Shown here: piece by piece, positions 9,812 to 21,957 of the stretch | Layout: each line of letters begins with the position of its first letter | Position numbering within the stretch: position 1 is the stretch's first letter | NCBI GenBank assembly: GCA_003971905.1 | Contig: RSEE01000096.1 | Coordinates: 1-64,000, forward strand | From: Moniliella sp. 'wahieum' | Taxonomy: Eukaryota | Direction: 5' to 3' | DNA: 64,000 bases | Notes under the pieces: generated by a model | The model's database searches: none | Told to the model about the DNA's origin: nothing | The model's input: only the letters and a program-made list of their open reading frames with translations | Translations under genes and position numbers: made by a program

Positions 9812-12690
9812 CATTGCCTGCTTGGCCCACGTGCGTTGCGTCTGCGGTCAGTATTCCTTCATTGTGATGTGTGATGATGTATCATGCATGATGATGATCG
9901 GCCTACAGAAGAGGCGGACCGGCCTGAGCCCAATTGAACCGATTGACCGTTGGCTGGTTGACGCGTTGACGTTGAACACATGAGACTCAGTAGGGGCCAT
10001 CTCCATCTGACTGTGCGGTCAGTTGGTCACCCGGTCAGGGCACAACATGGGGTTGAACGGTACATTACCCGTTACGTATTGCTGAAAGATACCCAGCATA
10101 TACCCTGCATATAGACAGGTCATATGTTAGTGTTAACGTACTGAGTATTACTGAGTATTACTGAGTACCGGGTGGGAAAAAGTCATCGAGGGCATATCCA
10201 ACCTAGGGGAGAAGGCGGTGGCGCTCTATCTCTCGGTACATTGGTATAATAATAGAAGTCACTCTGGACCCAAAACAGAAAGGATTAAACCGGTGCAGAG
10301 TGGTCTGTGGCACGGTTGACTTGTTCTGAAACGACTACTAAACGGGTGCTGGCAGGATTGGGAAGGGCCCGTGCGTTGGCCGATATTACGCATGGTGTGA
10401 GCAGATACACTATACCTTCTTGATGGAAGGCGAGGGGAAAAAGCACAGTATGCTCTTTACCCATGTCTGCATCTCGAAGGAAGAAGCGTGTTCTCGTGAC
10501 GAGTTAGTTGTTGCTGTATACGCGCCCCACTTTGTCTTGGCTGTGGCTTTGGCGTTTCTTATACCATTACTTGCATAGGCTGTAATCCCCATATCAACAA
10601 AAAAGGAACCATGCGGGAACACACCCAGTACTCTGGGGGGGTCCAAATGGACAGGAGGAGCCTTGTATACCCCTTGTGCTGGAAGTCCGCTTCTCTTGTG
10701 ATTAATGATTATCGATTATGGAGGAGGGATGCACCCTTTTGTCCTTTCCCTCTCCTCAGGACTCAGGCCTCAGGATAGACAGAGCAGTATACCTAGTGTG
10801 GTCACCGGTCATTCGGGAGACTAGGAGTATACGACAGGGGCACCGAGCGCGTCTGACACCGCGAAACATTGTCACAAACTCGACAGGCAGCGTGGGAAGA
10901 GGCTGAGAGCAACAAGTATTATACCTGAGAACCTGGCTCGCCTCCGCCCCATGCTGCATGTGCATGATGCATGACTCATGAAGCACATGAAGATGTATAG
11001 GTGCTGAGTTGTCTCAGTGTCACACCCTACGGCACATAACCACGTGCTCTGGGCTTGACGAGCTTGACGGACGACAGGGGCCGCGGTCCCTCAGAACCGG
11101 ATCCGACTCTCAGGACAAAGCGTCATCGTCCAGGGTCGTCGGAGTTTGTCCTTTTAGGCAGAAGGGAGCGACGGGGCGGGGAAGCCTCCGGACATTTACA
11201 GACAGCTATGCGGCTGTGTGCCGGAGCGGATCCGCTGCCCGGATGAAAATCGAGGGTCTGTCGTCTGTGGCGTCGATGGAGCGGAGGGAATGTGAAAAAG
11301 GATGACCAACGCGCTTTATTCTGAGACCGTCCGTGGTCAGCAATGAGTAATGAGACTCTTCATCTCCAGGTATGCCGCATTTCATAGACCTCTCATCTTC
11401 GACTCAGTATTTCCCCGGCCTTTCATCTCATCGAGGCTCGTTAGAATAGTAAAACAGTCTGGGGACTATAAACGTGGGACGCCGCGGATTTCCGCCGCAG
11501 CGCCAGAACCGCTTGAACTTAACGTTACGACGGAAGCTTAGCAAGCATTTTGTGCCCAGTGTTGCGAGAGCAATGTATCAACTGTTGATCCTGACTGGCC
11601 TGCGTTCCCAGTCTCTTCGAACTGCGTCAAACTAGCGTAGTACCAGTGTCCTTCAAAACTCGGACCGCGCTTCTTCCTTCACCCGTGCCTCTAGTTCTTC
11701 ATCTGCTGCACCTGCTTTTATGTCTTCCCGTTTCGTAGAGCTCTACTCATCGGTCTGATCTTCGGCTCAAGATATGTATTCTGATCGTGGAGCTCTCATT
11801 TCTTAACCCATTTTTGTATCGTATAGAGTTCTTAGGCCTCTTATTTCTCATCGACGTAGGTACTATATATAGCCCTGATGGGGGGAGGGGGAGAGTTGCT
11901 GGTAGGAAAAACATCCCCACCATCCCTTTGTCACCGTGCAACCCTTCTCAAAACCCATATGTTGGTTCCTCTATTTTTTACCACCATCAAGCCCTACGAC
12001 GGGCACCGACGGTGAGCCCATGATACTCTACCGCCCCGAAGGCGAACTCACGTATCATTGCCTCACCCTCGACGTAATATAGCGGGACGGACGAGTGGCT
12101 CGGGTGGGTACGTTCGAACTGGTTGCAATGTGCAGGGTCCAAGCCACCTCCTCTACCACTCCTTCTCATTGCATCCTGGTGCGTCCTAATTGCCATGACG
12201 TTTACCTCCACGAGCAAATGGTTTCCAACCCGGAAGGAACAACTTCTAGCTTCAAGCTTCAAGCTTCATCGATTATCTCTCATACTGTAACACGAAACAT
12301 GCGCTGCATCGAGGTGTCACTTTCCTTGACAGGAAACTACAGTTGAGTTGAGTTGCAAACTCAAGTCATTTCTTGTTCGTGCAGCTTCCGCGCTCTTTCC
12401 TGCTGCCACGAGAGTAGGTGATGGGCGTGGCGTTACACGCCAGATACAGATGCCGTAGGACCTGTAAAACGCGTCAAACTCCATCATGTCACATGTCAGC
12501 CCCGCCATCTCCATCGGCACCGACTACTACCACCACACGCGTGTTGATGGGTTGTGTCTCGTCAAGATAACTTGTGACAGTGCTTCGACGTTCCCACGAC
12601 AGCATCGGATCGGCCTTTAAGCTTTTACCCCACCGACCTTGGCAACAGTCGGATAATGCCGTCAAGATAACCTGTTTTTTTCAAATACAT

Positions 12691-13610
12691 TTCCCCCCTG
12701 TCCCAGCCTTAAGCTCTGTCAATGATATGGATGCAGAAGAGAGAGAGGATTCAATGGTGACCGGTGACCGGTGAGATCTGAGATGCAGAGAGAGCGAAAG
12801 AAAGGCTGCGCTATTGTAGCGAGGAATAGGACCAGGGGCTACGGTACAAAACACGACGTACAATGTGGGTGTGGGGGTTACATATACGGTGGAAGTCATA
12901 GTGCATATATTGATAGCAAACCTCTAGGACTGTAGTGCGATGAAGGCAGAAACCGTAACAGTATATGGCTGGGGCAGGCGATCAGGGCCTACTCAACACA
13001 TCGCCCACCCTGCCGCCACCCGCCCCCCCCCGCCACCGTTAATAAAAAGCACCCGTGCCCCGCCGTCCAGATCTGATCAAACCCCACCAACCTCCCCCTC
13101 CCTCCCTTCCCCTGTTGCATACCCCCCCACAGAGAGAGCGTGGTCTCTCTACCCAAGCCTCTTTTCACCGACCCCTTCCATTCCTCCCGCCGCCCCTCAC
13201 AGTCTGCACAAACCTGATGAGCCTGCTCCCGTTCCAATCATTTCTTCCCCTTGAGGGGCTTGCCCAACTTCGTCTTGCATCTGGCGATGCCGTGCCTAAG
13301 GCTGATTTCGGGCTTGGCCCAAACGGCACCCCGACCGGGGTCTCCGTTGAACAAGAATCCCTTGGCCCAAACGGCAGCCCGACTGGGGCCTTCGTTGAAC
13401 AAGAAGCCCGTCTCATTCGAGCCAGACTCGGAAAGCGTTTGCCACAAGTCTCCGAATATGGACCCCACGGCCTGGTACAAAAGCTCAATAATGTTGGACA
13501 ACCCTCAGAAATCGAGGCGGCCGAGGCGGCTCATCAGCAGCAGCGGCAGAGGGGAGTGGACGTTACTGCATCTTCAGAATCCCTATCCCACGAGGAAGAA
13601 AAGATGGAGT
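12691..13610 (+). repeat. Segmental duplication, copy 1 (promoter and 5' coding region)
   Basis: Aligns by eye with 20414-21680: shared TTTCCC..TGTCCCAGCCTTAAGCTCTGTCAATGATA, ATTGATAGCAAA, AACAGTATATGGCTGG, TCTGGCGATGCCGTG and ATTCGAGCCAGACTCGGAAA. Confidence 0.9.
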
Positions 13611-15295
13611 TTACGAAGGGCCCGGATTCCACCGCCCCGAACAACATTCAAAGTACAAACGGAGGCGGTGAGACGGGATTGGAAGGTGGAGCATTGAACA
13701 GACTGCACAGTCACGGGAAAAAGCCTGCCACATCGATCGAGTCGGTTGACATTTGGTTCAGAAACACCCGCACACGGTCGGGCTGGACCAAATTTTCGAA
13801 GCTTATGCTCAAAAGGATTTGGAGAAGATGGACCGCATCATCACTCAATGCTGGCCGATCCAGACCTTTGCCTCGAATGTAGAAAAAGGTGGTGATGACG
13901 CTCTGAAGGGTGTTCGCCAAGAACACCTGTGGGGCCTTCAAGGCATCCTTGACACGAAGCCTTCCCGTTCCAAGCGCAGAAAGACAGCATCCGGAAAATC
14001 GGCGTCGGCCAAGTCCACTCATCGGGGAACGAAGTGGTGGATGAATCGACCGCACGCCAGTGCTTCACTGACTTTCAAGCCATGGTGCAATACATCGCCA
14101 TGCCCAAGGACGAACACGTTCGCGCTTGGGTTGATGATGTAGCGGAACTCGCGCGGAAGACGATCCCTGGCTCGTACATTTATGGATCCAATGCCGAGGA
14201 GAATCGGGCCATGTGCCGGATTGGATGCTCACGTCCTCCGCCCCAGACTGTCTTTTGCAACCGTTGCAACCTTGTAGTCTCTCTCTTTAACTGTTATTGA
14301 ACACCAACAGGTCATTGACATTTTCTTGTAGTCCCACTTCAACAGAGCCCCCTCATTGACTGACGGACCCGACTCGTCAAATCGAACCTTAGCAGTGCCG
14401 CATTCACTCCTGGGGTTCAGTACTCTGATTACAGTGGGAGCCCAAATGTGGGGGCGAATGCTACGCCTGGGGATTACTCGGGTGGTCAACCCGGTCCGTT
14501 CAGCCAAAGTCCCACTTTCAAAGAACTCTTGCGTCAGGCGATCTTCTGGGAAAGTTTGGTCTCTGCTCCGACGGGTTTGCCGAGCGAGGTGAGAGAGAGA
14601 GGGTTCATTCTGACGTTTTTCCGAAACAATTAGATATCAACTGATTTGGGGGATGGACTCTACCCCGCGCCCCTTTTAGAGGGCTTGTTTCTCAGAGCGG
14701 GATTGACTACCATATATCTCGCTCGCCTTCCGGTGGCGCAGAGTCACATCCTCTGCAATGATTATCTCTCAATGATCTGTTCGACAACAAGTTTTCCATC
14801 TTCTGCCCTCATCATCCTCAACCACCACGGGGAGATCCATCTGGCTACTGGCCAGCATTTCTCCCACTGATTTTGACGCCGTACCAGGCATTGGACATTT
14901 ACTCTGTCTTTATCTAGTGCCCAGCACCGAGAAAGGGGCAACGTACATGTCCCGTGCTTTTAACACGCTTTCCCACTGCGTTCACGGATCTCTTTATCTT
15001 GCGCGCGTGGGGTTGCACTGGCCATTGCTTTCCTTTTATATCCATTTTACCACAACCCGGTGGCACTTTTCGAAGGTGTGCACAGCAACTGCTATCTGCG
15101 TTTCTATCGAAAAAATCCCCACGGATTCCACAAAGAATACAAACAAATCTGTTTTTTCACATACTCTTCTTAAGATCCAATCAATCAGAAATCATTTCTA
15201 TATCGTGTGCTCTTCTGTATAGGTGTGTGAACCGACTTATAGGACCCCTATATCATGGCCAGGGAGGGATCGCCGAGAAGAAGTGCCTGTATTAG
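13217..15295 (+). CDS. Hypothetical protein (multi-exon, paralog of the 21325 fragment)
   Basis: ATG at 13217 (MSLLPFQSFLPLEGLAQLRLASGDAVP..). Consecutive overlapping ORFs at 13753, 14034, 14448 and 14646. Intron 14589-14633 (GTGAGA..CTGAC..TAG). No family recognised; the 3' end is uncertain. Confidence 0.5.
13313..13408 (+). repeat. In-frame 48-bp tandem duplication
   Basis: Encodes LGPNGTPTGVSVEQES / LGPNGSPTGAFVEQEA; the paralog at 21325 has only one unit. Confidence 0.9.
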
Positions 15296-15680
15296 TAGTG
15301 TTGAATGTTGATGTATTAGGAACCAAAGAAGTTTTGGGAGTTGAGAAGCAAAGATTTATACCATTGTTTTGTCCTTCCCTAACACACTGGTGGTTTTTTA
15401 ATTTGCCCAGTTGGTCTGGGCATTCTTATAGGCACTAGAGTGCCATCGAACCGACGGCCTGGTTTGGGTGCTAATGGGCAACCGTTCCAACGTCCGCCGT
15501 TCTGCTGTTCCTATTATTATTTCGTCCAAAAACTTGTTGCCAAAACGACCCTCTCTTTGTCGGCCTCGCTCCTACCACTGTGGACAGTGTGAGCCCTGAA
15601 AAAAGTCGTATTGGACTCATAAACTTCTACAACTCATCCCGAGACGTGCGAGCTCGGAAGGAAGGAAAAGCCGGCCCACG

Positions 15681-15920
15681 TGATGAGACCTGGGGTCCTG
15701 ATGGCCCTCGAGGGTAATCGAATCACACGGTGGTGGTGGTAATCTAATAAGCGAAACAGCAACGCCTGCAGAGGATCATCAAGCAGGGGTCACCATCAGG
15801 GGGCTAATGCAAGACAAGGAGGAAAACGGGAGAGAGAAGACAATGGAACTCCCAGGCCTGAGGAGGAACTCAAGGGACATTGTCCAAAGTACGAGAGCCA
15901 CCCTATGGCTAATAACATCA
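15681..15920. mobile_element. Second solo-LTR-like copy of the 9587 family
   Basis: Begins TGATGAGACCTGGGGTCCTGATGG and shares GGTGGTGGTGGT, CCATCAGGGG and CCTGAGGAGGAACT..AAGGGACATTG.CCAAAG with 9587-9811. Ends ..ACATCA (or ..TAACA at 15917). No clean TSD. Confidence 0.75.
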
Positions 15921-16440
15921 CTTGTGACTCAGGGTCCGCGTGGTTCTGGAACGGATGCCTTTTATATATAGTGGGGTAACATTTACAAGCTCAAGCTTGG
16001 GAAGCGAAGAAGAATCGCGGCGCCTAACCGGCCTCCAAAACCGGCGTCTGTAGCTTGCTGGTGCAAAGCCGTTTAGGAAACCATAGGAACCTCCTGCAGG
16101 TCTATCGACTGAGGCCTGTCGTTTCCAATTAACGCACACCGGCGTAGCGTGATGGGTCTTGGTGGGCTCAGGTGCTCGCACCATGTGGGGGTACATGTGA
16201 GATGGTGAAACCTGTCCTGAATAGAGCGGCCACCGGGACCGGCTGAGGTAATGGCCCGGTTGTGCCTCCCGGCACTAGTGCGGTGTCGGCAATCATTAAT
16301 CCAAGCCCCGGCGGAATGGGTTGGGCTAATTAGTTTTGCCTTTCACGTCCCCAACGCTGCCGTTGGCCATCGACGTCGTCAGGGGACGTGGCGTGACGTT
16401 GCGTACAAGTCGGCGGCCTCCTTCCGGCGTCACGGCCACC

Positions 16441-18346
16441 ATGACGGCGTCCGTGCTGGCCAAGGAGGCCCTCCAGGCCGCTGCGACCGATCCAGCGCGG
16501 CTGCTCCTCCCCCTCGTCCCCCCGCCACGGATGCTCCCGCCCGCCCCCAGCGGTGGCAGGTGCCAGCCACAGCGGCGGACGCCTTGGCGCCGCCGCTGCA
16601 CCTTCTTCCAGGCGGTCAACTCTCGGCGGCTCGGACGGCGTTCCGTATCCGATGGTGTGGTCTGGACCGCGCGCTCCCACACCTTTCCTGCTGCCTGCGC
16701 GCATCTTGCCCACCGGCACCACCCCCGCAGGCCATCCCATCCCGCCCCCGGGTCTGTCCAAGACCGGTGCGGCGGCGGCGTGGGAAGAGATGGTGCCACA
16801 AGTGATTGATGCTTCGGTCTGCAACGTTCTTATCACGGAGGAGTACAGTAATCAAGTGATCCAGGAGCGCATCACAACTCAAGAGCGACAACTTTGGTCT
16901 GTGGTCGAGCGCATTGTACCAGACCATCCAGGCGGTGCGGAGCAGCCAGGTGCCCAGCATGTTACCCTCGTAATGGCCCATGCCAATGGGCTCCACAAGG
17001 AGGTGAGTCCATCTCCCCCTCTTCCCCTCTGCCCCCTTTCTCCTGAAACGCAAGCGCGGGTAAACTAATCAGGATTCATCCCGAGCAGACGTTTGAACCA
17101 TTCCTAGCTGCCTGCTGGCCAGGCTTCCGTCCGACATTGTTGTTGATGATTTGGTCCCTTGATGGGATCGACATGGGCGAATGTGCCTCGCTCAATCGGC
17201 ATGGCATTGGGGCTGGGCGTACGTGCTCTTTCATTGCCCTCTTCGTACCTTGAGACCTGTTCGTGAGGAGCAAAGAAGAAATACTGACCTGGACACCTTT
17301 TCTCAGTCAACGTTTGGCCCGATTTGACCAGAGATCTGATTCAGTTGATCAAACACTACCTTCCCGCCTCCCGTCCTGGTCAGGAGGTAGGGGACGTCCT
17401 TCCGCGTGCCGAGGATGACGCCCAGCCCGTTCGCGTCATCCTGATTGGACACAGCTTGGGAGCATGTCTTTCCGCCATGGTAGCCAATACGCACCCTGAG
17501 CTGATCGACACGCTCAATGCTTGACCCACCGCTGCCCCACCCTCCTGTCTTCTCCGTCGAGGGTCTTTCACCGGTAGTTGGACCAGATGGGTCAGAAGTG
17601 CCCCGCGGAGCGGTAGTTTTTTGGGAATCACCTCTTTTGTATGTGAATGAGCCGGCGCGGGCTAGCATAACGGTGCGCAGACGGGACACTTGGCCTTCCC
17701 TTGCGGCAGCGCGAGATTCGCTAATCCAGTCGTCGTTCTACGGGAGTTGGGATGCCACAGTACGGGACTTATTTGTGGAGCATGCGTTGGTTCCTCTCCC
17801 CAGGGCGGATGGGAGCATTCCGGGCCGGTGGAAAGACCCCGATGCACCAGTGGGACTGAGTACAGCGAAGTACTCGGAAGCTTCTCTGTCTTTGCCTCCA
17901 TCGGAGCTGGCGGCATGGGCCATTTCCTTGCTCTCTTTTCGGGTTCCTTTGCCCACTATTGGGAACGCTATGCTCCCCCCCCAAATCGTAAGGGTCGCAC
18001 CTTCACCGCTTTTGCGACCGAGTACCAGCTGTACGGCTTGACCATGCCGTACTACCAGCGCATGCGCGTTGTTATTGGTAACGCCGATGCAGTTCCCGTG
18101 TCGGAACAACGGAGGGATGGGGAAAGGCTACGATCCCAGCTGATTGAGCACAAGGTGGCCGAAGTGCCAACCCAGTACATTTCCAGATGGGAGGAACTAC
18201 GGGCACGCTTCCATATCAAAGGAGAAGCCGCTGTGTTTGCTGATTCGGGCCACATGTTGCCGCAGATGCAGCCGGACAATGTGGCAAGTGTGGTCGCCGG
18301 TTGGATAGCTGAGACGGTCAGCGAGAAGCCAACTGTTCATCTCTAG
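16441..18346 (+). CDS. Alpha/beta hydrolase (Abhydrolase_6, fungal Lpx1-like lipase/esterase)
   Basis: Motifs TLVMAHANGLHKE, IWSLDG, the VILIGHSLG nucleophile elbow, RRDTWPS..A..FY.SWD..V and DSGHMLPQMQP (catalytic His). Introns near 17003-17087 and 17219-17306; some indels. Confidence 0.88.
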
Positions 18347-18938
18347 GTTGCGCACATTCTATCTCTTTTTGTTGCAACTGAACTTATTGGCCTGTTAACG
18401 GGCCATATGTAGACCTTTTTAGATGTATTCACGAAAGCTGGATGCCCATCACTGTATGAGTACGCCGGGGAAGGGCAAGCACATGATTCTTCTTGCCATT
18501 GCTGGTCCCCCATCACCTTCAATATAACTTGCACCATATGCGGTTGCAACCATCACACAGGTTGGGTAGGTTGCGCTGGGGGTCTGTGAGCCTACCGATC
18601 TTGGTGAACCACACCACAGGCTGTCAGCGCTCAACAGAGGCCTGGCGGTCCTCGTCTCATGGGAACTCTATCAGAAAAAGCCCATAGAAATAGCTGCTTC
18701 ATCAAAGGCTGATTGATGTGTGCGTCCGTAGCGCTACCATGCTAGAGTGCTTTTCGTTTTCCGCTTCCTACTAGACCTTCTACTGCGATATCAATACATC
18801 TTTGCTTCCAATGGAGATCGATTGGGGAACAGGTGGTATGGTTCGAGCCACAAATGGAGAAGGCCATCATCATAGAGAAAGCGTCCCTAGAGGCAATACA
18901 ACGAAAGCCAAAAGGGGGGCACAATCACATGGATCAGC

Positions 18939-19325
18939 TTACTGAAGGCCGGCCTCGCTGAAGGCTTGCTGCTCAGCGTGGCGTTTGGCCTTCTCTTTGT
19001 CGACAAAGTCAAGACCCTTGGTCTCCACAACGCGGGTCAGACCAGCCGAGACAAGGCCGGCAAGGATCTGCTTGGCCTGGGCGTGGTCGGCCGGCTCACC
19101 GTTCTTGGCCTTGTGGTCGTTGTAGGCCTTGAGAGCCTCGTAGCCAACTGCACCGCCCAGCACCTGGTGACTAAAATAGGGACGGTTGTGTGAGAAAAAT
19201 GGCAAGGATGCAAAGAAAGACAGTAGAGTACTCGACAGAGGGAAGAAGCAGGACGTACGAAGCTTGGCCTTGTGGCCCTCCGAGCCGTCGTAGCTCTGGA
19301 CAGTGTTGTAGTTGTCGAGACCCAT
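18939..19325 (-). CDS. CipC-like protein (DUF3759)
   Basis: MGLDNYNTVQSYDGSEGHKAKL|SHQVLGGAVGYEALKAYNDHKAKNGEPADHAQAKQILAGL..VETKGLDFVDKEKAKRHA. One intron at about 19258-19171 (GTACGT..TAG); TATA-like tract at about 19428-19437. Confidence 0.92.
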   Translation of the reverse strand: MGLDNYNTVQSYDGSEGHKAKLRTSCFFPLSSTLLSFFASLPFFSHNRPYFSHQVLGGAVGYEALKAYNDHKAKNGEPADHAQAKQILAGLVSAGLTRVVETKGLDFVDKEKAKRHAEQQAFSEAGLQ

Positions 19326-20413
19326 GGTGAATGGTTGAGAAAGCGTGGATGTTGAGGTGGGAGAGCGGGAGAGGGAAGGCGATGGGGTGGTGGGAGAAAG
19401 AAGGCAGAAGGGGGGGGCTGGGGGGTGGTATATATATGCTGTTTTCGCTATAGAGATCAGTTCCATGGCAGTTTTTGTTACGAGCAATAGAAAGAGGGGG
19501 AGTTGGGGGCGTGCACGGACCATAGTGGATCAGTACTGAGACTCAGTCGCGTTCTGCAGCTGCTCTCGTCGCAGCAAAGTCGCTCCGGGCACGTGGCTAT
19601 GTGGGAACATAGAAGTGCCGAGAGAAGGGAACTAGCATATAGGAATAGCGATGCTCACCCAGACCATTTTCGGTGTCCTCTCCCAACCATCCGCGCGCCC
19701 CCTCAGAATATGTCCGCACAGCAATACGAATGCCTGGTACAATTGTTGTACCAACAACGGCGAAGGATACTATTATCGTCCCTTGGCTGTTGGTGTGCAC
19801 AGCAGACACCCCCGTCCTGCCCCCCTGCAGCGCAACACCCCGCCGGACTTTGCGTTGGGCCCACTCCTGCTTCTCTCGCTCCACCGGCCACCGGCCACCC
19901 CGCACCGCCAGGGCAGATTTCTCACGTTAAAGTCTAAAGTCTAAAGGTCCAGGCCGGAGGCAGCATACCACTGCGTTTTGCACCACAGTGTGATCGCGCT
20001 GGTTTCAGGTTTTGTTGCCTGGCGGGCAGCTCTCGGACCAGGCAGCATGCTGACGGGTCCCTTGTGTCTTCCTCGGCTCTCCCCTGGGTGTGTGGCTCTG
20101 GTTGGCCCTGCTCCGCCCACTCGGCCGACCGCAGCAGAACACAGCTCCGCAGTCCAGTGTCGTACCTAAGCGTGTGTTGCTCGTGTTGGTCTGTGGCGCA
20201 CCGCAGCCAGTCGGAGGGGTCACGCGTGACTATATATATACACTTCAAGGGTGACTTCACGCGTCACAAAGCAAAACGCCCGAGATATAATACAGCTCCA
20301 TTACACGATGACGCCATCCGTCCTGTGCTCTTTCCATGTCTTGTATATCCTAGCGCGAGCTTGGCTGCGTCGCAGCACACGCAAGATGCACAGGTCGGTT
20401 GGGCGTCGTAGCG

Positions 20414-21680
20414 TTTCCCTGTCCCAGCCTTAAGCTCTGTCAATGATAAGGATGCAATAAAGGAGCGAAAGACGGCTGCGCCATTGCAGCGGAGCGAGAG
20501 ATAATCCCCGATATGAGGAGGATACGATGTGGCCGCAAAAGCATTCATGATGTGGGGCTAGGGAGTCCAAATATTCACAGCCCTATAGGGAGGATCGAGG
20601 CGCGGAGAATGAGAATACTGGACGCGGAGTAGCGTCACAGCCGCCAAAGCGTCACCCGCGGTGGCGAGAGGGGGTGAGAGTAGAAAGAGGGGAAGTCTCA
20701 CCAGGGCCTGTTGTGCCAACTGCAACCAGGCCGCGGCACGAGGTCGGTATGAAGAGGATACTCTCCCCATCCTGGCGAGCGGGCATGAGATCTGAGAGGA
20801 TAAGTACTGATGAATAACCCAGAGGATTTTGTATAGAAAACCTGGGATTGAGGAAGGCTTGGCACTGGCAATTTACGGCAATGGGGGGTGGTGGGTGCGT
20901 CATGCCCTCCTCATGCCACACCTTATGTATATACAGGGGCTATAATAGTGCCATGTGGGCGTGGGATACTTATGTATGTCGCTAGTCAAATTGGACAAAA
21001 GATTGATAGCAAAAAGAGGACTGTACCGCGAAAGAGGGCGACATGCATGATGGCATGCAATGACAGAGAGAGTCCAACAGTATATGGCTGGAGCAATGGA
21101 TCAAGGTCTACTCACCTCGCTCACCTTGCCACCACCCGCCGCCATGCCACTGTTAATTAAAGCACCGTTGCCACCAACCAGATCCTGAGACCAAACCCCA
21201 CCAACGTATCCCGCCCCCCTCCCGTGCTGTTCACGCGCTTACGACAGAGAGAAGCTCGGTCTCTCTTCCGAAGCCCATATTGCACAATCGCTTTTCCATC
21301 CCCCGGCCGCCGCACACATTCAGCATGAACCCGAACAAGGAGCTCCAGTCGCTCTTCCCTCTCCGTCAGGACCATGCCCAACTTGGTCCTGCGTCTGGCG
21401 ATGCCGTGGCTGAGATTTCTTCTGGGCTTGGCGGTGACGGCAGCACTCCTGCGGTCTCCATCGAAGAAGCACGCGGTTATTCGAGCCAGACTCGGAAACC
21501 GTTTGCCACAAGTCGCTGGTGAACGACTCAAAGTCCTGGTCGAAGAGCTCGTCAAGGCTGGACAACTCCAGAAATCGAGGCGGCAGAGAGGGCTCGTCAG
21601 CTTAAGCGGCAGCGCGGAAGTGGATGTTACTTCATCTTCACGATGAACCCCATCCCACGAAGGAAGAAGAAATGATGGAG
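20414..21680 (+). repeat. Segmental duplication, copy 2
   Basis: Homologous to 12691-13610, but with an extra ~400-bp segment at about 20500-20930. Confidence 0.9.
20528..20920. mobile_element. Possible solo-LTR-like insertion inside duplication copy 2
   Basis: The segment is absent from copy 1 and bounded by TGTGGC...GCCACA (perfect 6-bp inverted, TG..CA). No TSD is visible. Confidence 0.35.
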
Positions 21681-21700
21681 ATGATGCAGGACCCGGATTT
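21325..21700 (+). pseudogene. Truncated paralog of the 13217 hypothetical gene
   Basis: MNPNKELQSLFPLRQDHAQLGPASGDAV..IRARLGNRLPQV..VDVTSS matches the N-terminus of the 13217 protein. Similarity stops at about 21680 and is followed by transposon-like debris. Confidence 0.7.
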
Positions 21701-21957
21701 GTTGCGCAACAATGAGGTCTGAGTGCCAGCCACCTCCAAGAACACTTTGATGCTTTTGCGTATCCGGACACCATGCAAGTTCCACATACGTCCCCTGATG
21801 GCACTCTTTTCTCATCGTCTTCCTTTTTACTTTCCTCGGCTTCCTCAGTGATCGCTTCTTTTCCCGTCGCCACTGCATAACTGCGCTTAGGGCGTCGCTG
21901 GGGAACCAGGATCATCGATCATTATGATTCATCTAGTATAACGCGAACGACATTCAC

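Noticed and set aside
10200..12300. Further LTR-like or coding fragments (TATA-like tracts, TGTCAC start at 11018, short ORFs)
   Set aside because: Could not pair TG..CA ends with a TSD or recognise any protein; probably repeat debris but unsupported.
9587..15920. A single full-length LTR retrotransposon between the two related LTRs
   Set aside because: The left LTR has its own TSD on both sides, the copies are diverged, and no gag/RT/integrase motifs lie between them.
15923..16215. Another LTR abutting the 15681 copy
   Set aside because: A TG start and reverse TATA are present, but there is no convincing CA end or TSD.
19650..19944. 97-aa ORF with CC/YYY motif
   Set aside because: No recognisable family, no splice support, and competing frames of similar length.
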